From contig CAQPBJ010000008.1 in assembly GCA_948852945.1 (NCBI GenBank), positions 7,470 through 71,469 of the forward strand: DNA of 64,000 nucleotides, written 5' to 3'. Positions 8,987 through 19,691 of this stretch are shown one piece after another. The position numbers and the translations under genes were made by a program. Under the pieces are notes generated by a model. It saw only the letters and a list, made by a program, of their open reading frames with translations. It made no database searches and had not been told where the DNA came from. The number at the start of each line of letters is the position of its first letter. Position 1 is the first letter of the stretch. Origin of the DNA: an uncultured Clostridia bacterium. Its GTDB lineage: Bacteria; Bacillota; Clostridia; TANB77; CAG-508.

Positions 8987-9871
8987 TTAATCATTACTAG
9001 CTTTAATTCTTTTAATCAAAATATTGATAATCTCATAATCTACATTAGTATCAAATTTTCTAGCCCACAAGTGATGAGTACTTAATAACATATCTTTATC
9101 TTCCTTTTTCCAAATATATGGTTTTCCTTTTACGCCTCTGCTCCAATTAATCATTCTAAGATTTCCATCATCAATTCCACCCGCATACACATTATTTTTG
9201 AACTCCGAATTCTCGACAATAGTCTGAATAATAAATTCATCAGCACATTTAGAATATTTGAAATATTTATCTACCAATTGTTTTTTAGATAAAACATATT
9301 CAGCTAAATCACCTGTTATACTAAACCAATTTGAGCCTTTTTGTAAATTAAAGTTTATATCTTTTACTCTATTAACTCTAAAAAGCTTTTGAATTTTCAC
9401 TAAAATATAATCTAATATATTAAAATTCTTTCCAGAAGCTTCTTGAAATAACCAATAATACTTAATTCTATCTGTGTATTTAGCATCTTCATAAACAGGA
9501 TTATCAAAAGATACATATTCTGTTCCTTTATTTTGTTCAAAAAAATTATAAATATATTCAGAACTTTTAAGAGGAAAATCTTTTCCAGAAATATAATGTA
9601 CATATGAATATTTTTTCGTTTTGCACGCCATATCTAATAAATCATATGTTAATTGAATTTGAGAAAAACCTCCCCAACTAACACTTCTTCTAGCTATAAA
9701 AAAGACATTAGACTTCTTTACTGCATTTCTTATTTTTTCTTCATCATATTCTTTCGATTTTATGTCTATATGTATAAATATATCATTATATTCATAATCA
9801 ATAGCTTTTAATAACTTCAATAATAAATCAAATTGATCATGTGCTGCAATTAAATATGCTTGATAATTCAT
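8987..9871 (-). CDS. Core-2/I-branching (GT14-like) beta-1,6-N-acetylglucosaminyltransferase family protein
   Basis: The N-terminus YLIAAHDQFDLLLKLLKAID and overall length resemble bacterial GT14 members. Recognised by eye only. Confidence 0.6.
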   Translation of the reverse strand: MNYQAYLIAAHDQFDLLLKLLKAIDYEYNDIFIHIDIKSKEYDEEKIRNAVKKSNVFFIARRSVSWGGFSQIQLTYDLLDMACKTKKYSYVHYISGKDFPLKSSEYIYNFFEQNKGTEYVSFDNPVYEDAKYTDRIKYYWLFQEASGKNFNILDYILVKIQKLFRVNRVKDINFNLQKGSNWFSITGDLAEYVLSKKQLVDKYFKYSKCADEFIIQTIVENSEFKNNVYAGGIDDGNLRMINWSRGVKGKPYIWKKEDKDMLLSTHHLWARKFDTNVDYEIINILIKRIKASND

Positions 9872-9898
9872 TTGTAATTCTCCTCTTCTTACTATAAT

Positions 9899-10402
9899 TT
9901 ATACTTTTCGTTCTTTATCCATTTTAATTACTTCTCGTATTAAAAAATATATACTACAAACTAACATGTATATCCCAATTCCAACTAAAGATCCTACAGT
10001 ATCTATTAAACAATCCATTATACTAGCTGTCCTTGAATCTACAAAATACTGATGAAACTCATCTAACATAGAACATAATATACATATAAATAAGACTATC
10101 ACAAATTTTTTTAATACTTTAACATTATATTTATCTATAAAAATCATTAAAAGAATTGCTAAAAGCATATATTCTATAGAATGAGCAATTTTCCTAAATA
10201 GCTGATTATATTGTTTTACAAATTCAGCAGTATCTCTTTTCTTATCAAAATTCGTTATTTCTACAATTTTTTCTAATACCTTTTCACTACTTAAATTAGA
10301 AGTTTTCCCAGACATATTCGAAAAAGCAAAAATACTAATTAAACATATGACTATTAAAATAGCATTTATTATTTTCTTCCAATCTATGTTTTTCTTTTCC
10401 AT
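9899..10402 (-). CDS. VanZ family protein
   Basis: Four TM helices and the DEFHQYFVDSRTASIMDCLIDTVG motif. Confidence 0.75.
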   Translation of the reverse strand: MEKKNIDWKKIINAILIVICLISIFAFSNMSGKTSNLSSEKVLEKIVEITNFDKKRDTAEFVKQYNQLFRKIAHSIEYMLLAILLMIFIDKYNVKVLKKFVIVLFICILCSMLDEFHQYFVDSRTASIMDCLIDTVGSLVGIGIYMLVCSIYFLIREVIKMDKERKV

Positions 10403-10426
10403 ATTATTTCCAATCTTTTTTCAAAA

Positions 10427-11860
10427 TTAACATACTACCTTTTTTGATAATACTTTTTGTTTTACAACATGTAAAATAACTTTAAAAGTTTTCTTATTAA
10501 ATATTATTAAAAATATTATTGAAAGTATAGCTCCAAGTAAATATAAATATATGTTTTTCAAATAATATATTATTAAAATTATACTACTAACAAGTACTGT
10601 CAAAATCACGAAGCTTCTTTCAAGCTTTATTTTTATGTATTTTTGTACATCTATATATCTATAGATTGTCATTATCAAATATGCAACAGCTGTTGAAATT
10701 GAAGCAGCATATAAACCTATATGTTTTATAAGTACTAAATTTACAACAATATTTATAATTGCAGCATAAATAGAAGTTTTTGCAATTTCTTTTGACTTCT
10801 TTAAAGCCACATAAATAGAACCAAATAAAGCTACTGACATATTAAAAATTGTTGAAATTATTAATATCGGAATTTGATAAAATGCACTTGAATATCCTGC
10901 ACCTGTAACTAAAAATTTAAATACAAATGGCATAAATGCAATTATACTTAAACATACAGAAACAAATAATTTTAAAACCGAATTTATTATATTTGAAAAA
11001 TATTTAGAATTATCCTTATCTTTAAAATGTACTGCAGCCGACTCTGTCCATGTTAAATTAAAAATATTAAATATTGTTATAATTATACTTGAAAATTTAT
11101 TTGCTACCGAATAAACACCATTTAGTGCTACTCCGCAAAAGAATAATATTATAGTTCTATCAGAAGCATTTACAATCCACCATGATAATTGATTTGGTAC
11201 TAATGGAATAGCATATTTCCATAACTCTTTCAATTCCATTTTACTAAACATTTTAATTCTAAGACTAGTATATATTTTTTTCTTTATAAAAACATATACT
11301 ATACATATAATATTCGAAATTAAAGTAGCCATTAACATCCCATATGCAGCAAATTTAAATATCACAATAAATATCACATTTAAAATTATTGTACCAGCAC
11401 CAGATAAAAGACTTCCTATGGAGTATGTAATATTGTCTCCAACACCTCTTGATATTTGTAAAAACATACTCGCATACATTGTAGCAACAACATTAGTTGC
11501 TAAAAAATATTTATATTGATTATTAATAAATTGTCCAATAAAAATATAAAACATTATAAAAATAATAGCCTGAATAGTCACTATAATTAATGCTGTAGAC
11601 ATTATTCTCGACTTAGCTTTATCATCATTTCTTACATCTATTAAATTTCTAAAAACTGCTTGATCCATCTGTAAAAATACCAGTGGTATTAATAAAGCAA
11701 TATATGTATTTAATACATCAACAATTCCATATTCTTCTGTTGAAAGTACTGCTGTATATAATGGTAGAAGAAAAAAACTAATAAATTTCGTGCATATTTG
11801 ACCTATCGCAACAATAGCCGTATTTTTTACTAATTGCTTCTCCCTTTTTCCATTTTCCAT
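10427..11860 (-). CDS. polysaccharide flippase (Wzx / MOP superfamily)
   Basis: 477 aa with about 12-14 TM helices, in a cps context. Confidence 0.75.
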   Translation of the reverse strand: MENGKREKQLVKNTAIVAIGQICTKFISFFLLPLYTAVLSTEEYGIVDVLNTYIALLIPLVFLQMDQAVFRNLIDVRNDDKAKSRIMSTALIIVTIQAIIFIMFYIFIGQFINNQYKYFLATNVVATMYASMFLQISRGVGDNITYSIGSLLSGAGTIILNVIFIVIFKFAAYGMLMATLISNIICIVYVFIKKKIYTSLRIKMFSKMELKELWKYAIPLVPNQLSWWIVNASDRTIILFFCGVALNGVYSVANKFSSIIITIFNIFNLTWTESAAVHFKDKDNSKYFSNIINSVLKLFVSVCLSIIAFMPFVFKFLVTGAGYSSAFYQIPILIISTIFNMSVALFGSIYVALKKSKEIAKTSIYAAIINIVVNLVLIKHIGLYAASISTAVAYLIMTIYRYIDVQKYIKIKLERSFVILTVLVSSIILIIYYLKNIYLYLLGAILSIIFLIIFNKKTFKVILHVVKQKVLSKKVVC

Positions 11861-11861
11861 T

Positions 11862-12938
11862 CTATTTTCTCCTATTTAAAACTAAATCTAATTTTTCAAA
11901 TTGCTTCTCTGAATCGATGTTACATTTTTCTCTATCTACTTTATATAAGTTTATATTATTCATAACTTCTCGTATATCTAGCTCACTTATCTTATCCGCT
12001 TTAAATATCTTCCCCTTAAAACCAATTCCATTTAAAACATTGACTGTTTTCTTACTGTACGCTATCGGAATTATGTATTTATCTAAAGCTATACCAACTA
12101 TATTTGAATGTAGTCTTGAACCTACTATTATTTCTGAACTATTGATTATATCTATTGCCTCTTCAATATTTCCGTTATAAAAATATTTTTCTAACTTATC
12201 AGCAAAATTAATTTTATTGCAAATTCTCTCTATAGCTTTTTCGTCTCCTTCTCGCTTACAAAAAGACATTAATTTTACTTTATAATTATTCTCTTGAAAA
12301 TAATTTATCATTTCTACCATTTTATTTTCATAAGCTTCTGTGTCTAAACCTTTATATTTTAAATCTATTATTGAAAATAAAACTACCTTTTCTGAATTAT
12401 TATTTAAATTTAAATAATCTCCTAATGAAAAAACAATATCTGAAGCATATCTTATATTTGGTAAATGACTATATAAATCATAGGAATTTTTATCTCTAAA
12501 ACAAACATCCTCAGCATTTTTAAAAATATTATTTTCTAATAATTTAGGAAATTCTTTGTTTTTCCATGGTCCAACATTACTACCTAATATATAATAAGGT
12601 ATATAGTTTTTCTCATAATTTAAAGATCTCTTCTTCCAAAAATCATAGTTTCCATTTTCTATAAACAGCGAACCGCCTATATCTACAAGCAAATCATACT
12701 TTTTCTTGTTTTTTAATTCAGTATAATCATATTTTTTTAAAAATTTAGAAAAACATCTATCTATTAAATTTTCTATACCATTTTTTTCATATGACAAATT
12801 TTCAAATTTTGATAAAGTATAATTTCTTTCATACTCATATGTATAAAAATTGTCTTTATATCTTTTAAGCAGCATATATACAAATAAATCATCACCTAAA
12901 TTATTATGCATATATGCTTTTAATAATACTTTTTTCAT
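11862..12938 (-). CDS. polysaccharide pyruvyl transferase family protein
   Basis: N-terminal HNNLGDDLF and C-terminal GSRLHSNIVG motifs. Confidence 0.7.
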   Translation of the reverse strand: MKKVLLKAYMHNNLGDDLFVYMLLKRYKDNFYTYEYERNYTLSKFENLSYEKNGIENLIDRCFSKFLKKYDYTELKNKKKYDLLVDIGGSLFIENGNYDFWKKRSLNYEKNYIPYYILGSNVGPWKNKEFPKLLENNIFKNAEDVCFRDKNSYDLYSHLPNIRYASDIVFSLGDYLNLNNNSEKVVLFSIIDLKYKGLDTEAYENKMVEMINYFQENNYKVKLMSFCKREGDEKAIERICNKINFADKLEKYFYNGNIEEAIDIINSSEIIVGSRLHSNIVGIALDKYIIPIAYSKKTVNVLNGIGFKGKIFKADKISELDIREVMNNINLYKVDREKCNIDSEKQFEKLDLVLNRRK

Positions 12939-12953
12939 CTTTTCTCTTCTCCA

Positions 12954-14069
12954 CTATAACTTACTTATAATTGATTTATAAGGTACTGTTTCATCCCAGC
13001 CAAAATAATCATAACAAATATATGAATATCCAAACATTAAAGCTATTATTATCATAAACATTATTATTTTTTCTTTTAAGCTTTTTACAATATATACTAA
13101 TTCAGTTATTAAAAAAATAACACTATATTCAAAATAATATGCTAATCTTTGAGCATATCCGAAATATGCACCTAAAAACATTAAGAATATACTTATAATA
13201 AAGAACATATTATAAAATGGTGCATTCTTATCATTCTTAGTTATATTTTTTGAAAACATTAACAACATGAAACACATAAACATTTTAACTGACACATCAA
13301 ATATAGATAAATTTCCCTTTGCCTCATTTATATAAAATAAATATTTACTCTTTAAAATTCCTGCACTTATTAAAAATTCTACAATAGGTTTAAATAATAT
13401 TATTATTCCAAAAAACACTAAAAAGAAAATACTTTTCTGTGCCATTGCTTTTCTACTATTACTATGAAAAACATTATAAAAGAAATAAAAAGGTACAATA
13501 ATTATAGCTATTCTATGAAAGCCCATTGCAATCAAATCTGTAATTAAAAATTTCGCAAACTTTCGCTCTATTAAATAATGTAGTGACAAAAATATGAAAG
13601 CTATAGCTACAGTTTGTCTACATATATTTAATGATCTATTAAAATACAAAATCAAAAATATAAAATATGCCACACTAACCTTACTTTTGCTCTTTAACTT
13701 AGTACATGATAAATATACTGTTCCTAATAAAATTAGTTCTATAACAAAATATGAAACATTTATTTTTGTTGTAAATCTTGTAACTATAAAATCCACTAAT
13801 ATAAAGATTGGCTCTACATCAGCATGGACCATATAAGTCCCCAAAGAACCTATATCTTTTAGATGTATACACTTATAAAAAATATAATTCATATATCCTT
13901 TTGTGTCTGTACCAATTCCATATACTCTTAAACCCGCTAAAATAGATGGAATTAAAACAGCTAGCATTACTAATAAAAAGTATAACAAACGAGGGATTTT
14001 ATTTTTACTTGTTTCTGCTACATATGATAACAAAAAAGCTATTATAAAAATCACAAAATAAATTAACAC
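12954..14069 (-). CDS. EpsG/Wzy-like polysaccharide polymerase
   Basis: Polytopic 371-aa membrane protein located between the glycosyltransferases and the flippase. Confidence 0.6.
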   Translation of the reverse strand: MLIYFVIFIIAFLLSYVAETSKNKIPRLLYFLLVMLAVLIPSILAGLRVYGIGTDTKGYMNYIFYKCIHLKDIGSLGTYMVHADVEPIFILVDFIVTRFTTKINVSYFVIELILLGTVYLSCTKLKSKSKVSVAYFIFLILYFNRSLNICRQTVAIAFIFLSLHYLIERKFAKFLITDLIAMGFHRIAIIIVPFYFFYNVFHSNSRKAMAQKSIFFLVFFGIIILFKPIVEFLISAGILKSKYLFYINEAKGNLSIFDVSVKMFMCFMLLMFSKNITKNDKNAPFYNMFFIISIFLMFLGAYFGYAQRLAYYFEYSVIFLITELVYIVKSLKEKIIMFMIIIALMFGYSYICYDYFGWDETVPYKSIISKL

Positions 14070-14084
14070 TTATATACCTCTCTC

Positions 14085-15074
14085 TTATCTAAATAAATAT
14101 AATATATATAATAATAAAAAACATCTCTTTTTTAATAATGAAAAAATAATTTTTTCTTTTTTATTCAAATTATCTTTTTCAATCTTGTTTACGAAAGCAT
14201 CTATATTTTTCTCATATGTCACCTTTTTCATTTCTTTCAAGCCTCTACTTAAATTAGAAATTTTATATTTTTCTACTATATATTTAATAAATTCTCTATA
14301 TAAATCAAAACAAAAATATGGAATACTTTGCAAATTTTCTAATTTATTCGCTTCAATATAGTTCATCATTTCTTTTGATAAACGTTCTAAATTATTTATA
14401 GTATTAGGATTAAATTTATGAGTAGCTGAATTCTCAACTTCTCTATAAAAATAATATTGATAATTCCAAAAAGCAATTTTATTAGTATTTAAAATACAAT
14501 TTAAATAAAACATACCATCTTCAAAAGATATTAATTTCTCATTAAATTTAATATCATTTTCTTTTATTAAAGAGGTTTTTATTATCTTTCCTCCAGTAAT
14601 TCTATTGTTTACAAACTTTTTATTAGAAGAATTATTATAATAATTCATTGAAATAATTGAATTAAACAATTCCTCTTTATTTTCTATTGCTTCAAAATTA
14701 TTGTCATTATTGCTAACTTTATTATCTATGATTATATTAGTAAAAATAATATCATAATCCTCTACTAAATACTTATCTATTTGATTTAAAAAATTATTAT
14801 CAATCCAATCATCAGCATCAAGAAAAACAATCCATTCTCCATTTGCCTTATCTAATCCAACATTTCTGCTTTTAGATACTCCTTGATTTTCTTGATTAAT
14901 CAATACTATTTTTTCACCATAATTTTCTAATATTTCTAAAGTTTTATCTGTCGAACCATCATTAATAACAATAGCTTCAACATTTTCACAATTCTGATTT
15001 AATATACTATCTACTGCATTTTTTATATAATTTTCTGCATTATAAGCTGGTATTATAAAACTAATTTTCTTCAT
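14085..15074 (-). CDS. glycosyltransferase family 2
   Basis: Motifs SFIIPAYNAE...INDGSTD...LDADD. Confidence 0.8.
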   Translation of the reverse strand: MKKISFIIPAYNAENYIKNAVDSILNQNCENVEAIVINDGSTDKTLEILENYGEKIVLINQENQGVSKSRNVGLDKANGEWIVFLDADDWIDNNFLNQIDKYLVEDYDIIFTNIIIDNKVSNNDNNFEAIENKEELFNSIISMNYYNNSSNKKFVNNRITGGKIIKTSLIKENDIKFNEKLISFEDGMFYLNCILNTNKIAFWNYQYYFYREVENSATHKFNPNTINNLERLSKEMMNYIEANKLENLQSIPYFCFDLYREFIKYIVEKYKISNLSRGLKEMKKVTYEKNIDAFVNKIEKDNLNKKEKIIFSLLKKRCFLLLYILYLFR

Positions 15075-16257
15075 TCTTTTCTGTAAACTCCATATAAAAT
15101 CTATCTCTTTTTATGTTTAATTGTTTTTGGTCATAACTACTTGCTTTTCTTATATTAATATTTGATTGTTCAATAATATCTTCTTTTTTTATTTTTGATA
15201 GTATATCTACTAATTGATTTACATTACCTTTTTTATAAATATATTTTCTATCAATTAATTCATAATTTCCGCCTACATCTGTACAAATAACTGCACATCC
15301 TCTACTCATTGCCTCAACAATTGCTCTACATAAGCCTTCTTGGTAACTTGGCTGAATATAAATATCTATATTATCTAACCAATTAAAAACTTCTGAATGT
15401 GGCAATGCACCTACAATTTTAATCTGTTCCTCTAAACCATATTTTTTTATTTCATTTAATAAATTGCTACTATCTCCTGAACCAATTAGTTCGTACTCAA
15501 AATTTGAAATTCCATTTTCCTTTAATTCGTATAATGCTTTAAAAACATCTCTTTGGCCTTTCCATTTTACATTTAAAAAAGCCGCAGTTCCTAATTTTAT
15601 TTTAGGTCCACTTTGTTTTTGCATACGCTTAGTAATTATTTCTTCAATATCTTGCTCACTTAAATTTACTTCTACATCTGAACATCCAAGCATTTTTCCT
15701 TTACTTGGGTATTTTTTTTGCAAAGCTTCATTTGTAACATATAAAACATAACTTGCATCTCTTACTGCTTTTTTAAATTTTATATCTATTGGTAAAGCTA
15801 TAAATTTTCCAACAAAGCTATGATACCAAAAACTATCAAATGGAAAACCTACTGCTTCAATTAAATATGGCTTGTTATATTTTTTGCAATACTTTAAAGC
15901 TATATCTGTATAAAAATCTCCTGCCGACCTTAAAATAACTTTATCTACATTCCTTACTTCTTCTTCAATAGTTTTATCAATTTGTTTTCTAATTTTAAAA
16001 TTCAAATAATTTTTTTTAGGTTTATATATATCTGGAATTGTTTTTAATTTTAAAATACTTCTATCAATTTTATTTAATCTATTAGAAAGATACTCTTCAT
16101 CAAATCTTTCATTTACTTCTCTCAAAACTACATGCAATTCATCACAATATGAAGCATATCTTTTCCAAATTTCATTATTAAAACATGCATCTACATATAC
16201 CTCATTTTCTTTACTATAGTATATTCTTGATCCGTGTTGAATAAATAATAATTTCAT
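15061..16257 (-). CDS. glycosyltransferase (GT4-like, GT-B fold)
   Basis: C-terminal QPSYQEGLCRAIVEAMSRG motif (EX7E type). Confidence 0.7.
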   Translation of the reverse strand: MKLLFIQHGSRIYYSKENEVYVDACFNNEIWKRYASYCDELHVVLREVNERFDEEYLSNRLNKIDRSILKLKTIPDIYKPKKNYLNFKIRKQIDKTIEEEVRNVDKVILRSAGDFYTDIALKYCKKYNKPYLIEAVGFPFDSFWYHSFVGKFIALPIDIKFKKAVRDASYVLYVTNEALQKKYPSKGKMLGCSDVEVNLSEQDIEEIITKRMQKQSGPKIKLGTAAFLNVKWKGQRDVFKALYELKENGISNFEYELIGSGDSSNLLNEIKKYGLEEQIKIVGALPHSEVFNWLDNIDIYIQPSYQEGLCRAIVEAMSRGCAVICTDVGGNYELIDRKYIYKKGNVNQLVDILSKIKKEDIIEQSNINIRKASSYDQKQLNIKRDRFYMEFTEKNEEN

Positions 16258-16296
16258 ACCTTCTTTTTACCTCTTTTTTCTATAAACAATTAATTC

Positions 16297-17409
16297 TTAT
16301 ACTTTTTTATTTAACTCTAAATATACTTTTTCTAATTTTTCAGCTTCAATTTTTATATCATATCCAGCATCTTCTAGCAATTTTGTATTATTAGTTCTAT
16401 CTGTATTTATACTTATAATTTCATCAACCCAATCATAAATACTAGACATCTCTTTAAATGTAATTTCTTTTGAAATATTTACTTCTTTTGGAACAAAAAC
16501 AGAAGTAATTGCTCTTAATCCATTTGCCTGAACTTCTAGCAATACCATACCTAATCCTTCATACAAACTAGGTAATGCAAAAATATCCATAGATTGATAT
16601 AGCTCATTAACATCACTTCTTTGCCCTAAAAAAATAACATTCTTACTTAAATCTAATTTCTCAACCTTTCTTTCGATTTCTCCTCTCAAAGGTCCTTGTC
16701 CAACTAGTAATAATAAAGAATTTTTATTTTTTTTATGTACTTCATTAAATACATCAATCAAAAAACTATGATTTTTTACTGATACAAACCTTCCAATATT
16801 TCCAATTACTAAGGTATCGTCATTTATGTTTAATTCTTTTCTCTTATTTTTTCTAATTTCTTCATCATATTTAAACTTTTCTATTTCAATAGCATTTTTT
16901 AATAAAAATACTTTTTTTTCATCATACGTTTTATTTCCAAATTGCCATCTTCCTGCATATTCCGAACAACAAAAATAATTAGTCGCATACACTTTTGAAA
17001 ATGGTCTTAAAGTTTGTTTTAATAAATTTTTTTTCCATTCTTTTTTATTCGTTGTAGAATGGCTATGCGCAATTCTCACAGGAATTCCAATCTTCTTAGC
17101 AATTCTTAATGGAAATACAGATAATGTATTAATATGTGAATGAATTATTTTATAATTTCCTTCTTCTAATACTTTTTTTAAAGCTCTTTGATATTTAAAT
17201 ATTTTCTGATATGGAGGAACTATAATAACCTTCCCACCTAATTTTTCTATTTCTTCATAAGGAATATCTGTAGAATCTTCATCACAAATAAAATCAAATT
17301 GAACCTTTGAATGATCAATATGACGATAATAATTCATAACAACAGCTTCTACTCCTCCGCCAACCCATTTTCCTATAACTTGAGCTACTCTAATACATCT
17401 TTGTTCCAT
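16297..17409 (-). CDS. glycosyltransferase family 4
   Basis: GGGVEAV N-terminus and LPSLYEGLGMVLLEVQANG motif. Confidence 0.75.
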   Translation of the reverse strand: MEQRCIRVAQVIGKWVGGGVEAVVMNYYRHIDHSKVQFDFICDEDSTDIPYEEIEKLGGKVIIVPPYQKIFKYQRALKKVLEEGNYKIIHSHINTLSVFPLRIAKKIGIPVRIAHSHSTTNKKEWKKNLLKQTLRPFSKVYATNYFCCSEYAGRWQFGNKTYDEKKVFLLKNAIEIEKFKYDEEIRKNKRKELNINDDTLVIGNIGRFVSVKNHSFLIDVFNEVHKKNKNSLLLLVGQGPLRGEIERKVEKLDLSKNVIFLGQRSDVNELYQSMDIFALPSLYEGLGMVLLEVQANGLRAITSVFVPKEVNISKEITFKEMSSIYDWVDEIISINTDRTNNTKLLEDAGYDIKIEAEKLEKVYLELNKKV

Positions 17410-17544
17410 CTATAATATCTCCATAATAACTACTTATACATTATAATTCTACCATAGATAACAAATATTTCAAGACAATAATAAAAAACTCTAATCAATA
17501 TTTTTATTCTACATTATCTACAATACAATCAAGAATTTCTTATA

Positions 17545-17589
17545 AAATAAAAATATCTCTTTATATTTCAAAAGAGATATTTTTATTTT
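17545..17589 (-). terminator. hairpin terminator after the sugar transferase gene
   Basis: aaaataaaaatatctcttt pairs with aaagagatatttttatttt. Confidence 0.6.
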
Positions 17590-17603
17590 ATTCAAATTTC
17601 ATT

Positions 17604-18941
17604 TTATGCTGCATCTTCATTTTTAAAAACTTTTACTACCGTTTTGCACATAATTTTAACATCACTTACTAAGTTAGCATCTTTATGGTATTCCATATCT
17701 AATTCTAATCTATCTTTAAAAGTAACATTACTTCTACCTGTAATTTGCCATAAGCCTGTAAGACCTGGTTTATGACTAACTATTGTATCATAATAGTCTC
17801 TCATTTCAACTTGCTCTCTATTTAAATATGGTCTAGGTCCAACTAAACTCATCTGTCCTCTAAGAACATTTATAAATTGTGGAAATTCATCAAGTGAAGT
17901 TTTTCTTAAGAATTTTCCTACTTTAGTAATTCTAGGATCTTCTTTTAATTTTTTATATTTTCTATATTCTTTGTTAGCTGCTTTATCAGTTGTTAATATT
18001 TCTTCTAGCATCGCATCAGCACCAACAACCATTGTTCTAAATTTGTACATTCTAAATATTTTTCCGTTTTTTCCAATTCTCTCTTGTACATAGAAAAGTG
18101 GACCATAATCACCATTTATCAAATTGCCTAATTTTACAAATATTATAAGTGGTATTAACAGTGCAATTCCAACAATTGAACCTATAATATCAATAGTTCT
18201 TTTTATTGCCATATTAAATACTCTTATCAACAAGTCTTTTAAATCTCTAAGAGTCATATTTAAATAGCTTAAAATCTGACCTTTATTACGTCTAGGAATT
18301 GTAATAAGTAATGTTATTAAAATTATCTTTAAATCTAAAAACCAGCTTTTTCTATAATAATATCTGCTATCATTTTCAATTCTTATATTATAAGAATAAT
18401 CATCCATACAAGAAATTTGAGCAAGACCTGTTATTCCTGGTTTCATTCTAACAATTCTAGAATAATATGTACCCATTTCTTCTTTTTCTGTAATTTTATA
18501 AGGCTTTGGTCCAACAATAGACATATTACCTATTAAAAGATTAATTGCCTTTGGCACATTATCCCAACCTGTTATTCTTAATCTATTATGAGTTCCATCT
18601 TTATTTATTGATCTATATTTAATTACATTAATTGTTTTTCCTTTTTTACCCAAACATTTATCAATTGTAAATATTGATTTAAAATCTTTCTTGCTTATGT
18701 AAATTAACTTCAAAACTATGGAGCTTGGTATAAGTAGTACTAGTAATACTAATCCAAATACAATATCAATTGCTCTAGTTATAGTTGCTTTACATAAAAA
18801 AGATAACTTGTAAATCAGCTTCTTTAGTACATTTTCGCGTATATATTTTAGGTCAAAAGGTATTGAAATTTGATTATCTTCCATATTCTTTTTCTCCCAC
18901 ATATTTTTCAATATTATAACATGTTTTTGTCGATTTTTCAA
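17604..18941 (-). CDS. initiating sugar phosphotransferase with two tandem bacterial sugar-transferase (monotopic PGT) domains
   Basis: The second domain has KRTIDI, YKFRTM, SLDEFPQ, VGPRP and KPGLTGLWQ. The first domain has the degenerate versions TRAIDI, IKYRSI, GWDNVPK, VGPKP and KPGITGLAQ. The track start is a TTG. The ATG at 18884, which follows GGGAG, is an alternative start. Confidence 0.8.
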   Translation of the reverse strand: MKNRQKHVIILKNMWEKKNMEDNQISIPFDLKYIRENVLKKLIYKLSFLCKATITRAIDIVFGLVLLVLLIPSSIVLKLIYISKKDFKSIFTIDKCLGKKGKTINVIKYRSINKDGTHNRLRITGWDNVPKAINLLIGNMSIVGPKPYKITEKEEMGTYYSRIVRMKPGITGLAQISCMDDYSYNIRIENDSRYYYRKSWFLDLKIILITLLITIPRRNKGQILSYLNMTLRDLKDLLIRVFNMAIKRTIDIIGSIVGIALLIPLIIFVKLGNLINGDYGPLFYVQERIGKNGKIFRMYKFRTMVVGADAMLEEILTTDKAANKEYRKYKKLKEDPRITKVGKFLRKTSLDEFPQFINVLRGQMSLVGPRPYLNREQVEMRDYYDTIVSHKPGLTGLWQITGRSNVTFKDRLELDMEYHKDANLVSDVKIMCKTVVKVFKNEDAA

Positions 18942-19128
18942 TACTTTTGTCTCATTTTATTTACATAAGCGATTTTTTATGTTTCTTTTTTATGTCACTT
19001 TGTTAACGTCAATATAAAATTTCAACTTTTTTCTACATTTTAGCATTATCATTATACTGATTAAAAAAGTAAATAGCAACTCAAAAACGCTGATATTACT
19101 ATATTGTAACCACTTTGTAATCAAAAAC

Positions 19129-19159
19129 AAATAAACCACCCTCGAAGGGCGGTTTATTT
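19129..19159 (-). terminator. Rho-independent terminator
   Basis: aaataaaccaccct pairs with agggcggtttattt, with a T-run on the minus strand. Confidence 0.65.
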
Positions 19160-19177
19160 AATATATTTGTTACATTA

Positions 19178-19603
19178 CTAATAACACTTTTCTGAAACTA
19201 CACAAGATATCCAAGATAATATTTTTAAAATCATTATTGTAAAGAAAAATACTGTTAATCCTACAAATATTATTGCTGCTATTAATGTTGTAAGTAGTCC
19301 AGATGTTATTGCAGCAATTGAAGCAACAAAAGTTCCAATTGTTCCAATTAAAAGTCCTTGACCATTACAACAAATGCATCTATCACTATCTCCACATCTT
19401 TTACCTATTATTCCAATTACGCTAGACATTGCAACTAAATCAAATAATACTATTGCAGATACTACTAATGCAATTATAGTAAAAATAAACATTCCTGGTA
19501 TAGCTCCTTGTGCAAAAAACACAGCTACTGTAGTAGCTATTGCTAATGCTATAACTATTCCAGCTATATCATAAATACTAGGTCCACACTTTTTGCATCC
19601 CAT
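19178..19603 (-). CDS. hypothetical Cys-rich polytopic membrane protein
   Basis: Four hydrophobic helices separated by the Cys clusters MGCKKCG, KRCGDSDRCICCNG and SCVVSEKCY. Confidence 0.55.
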   Translation of the reverse strand: MGCKKCGPSIYDIAGIVIALAIATTVAVFFAQGAIPGMFIFTIIALVVSAIVLFDLVAMSSVIGIIGKRCGDSDRCICCNGQGLLIGTIGTFVASIAAITSGLLTTLIAAIIFVGLTVFFFTIMILKILSWISCVVSEKCY

Positions 19604-19691
19604 TTTATATTCACCACTTTCATATTATATTGGCATTTAATAATATACCTATTATATAATATTAAAAGTAATCTTTTTTGGTTAATTTATT

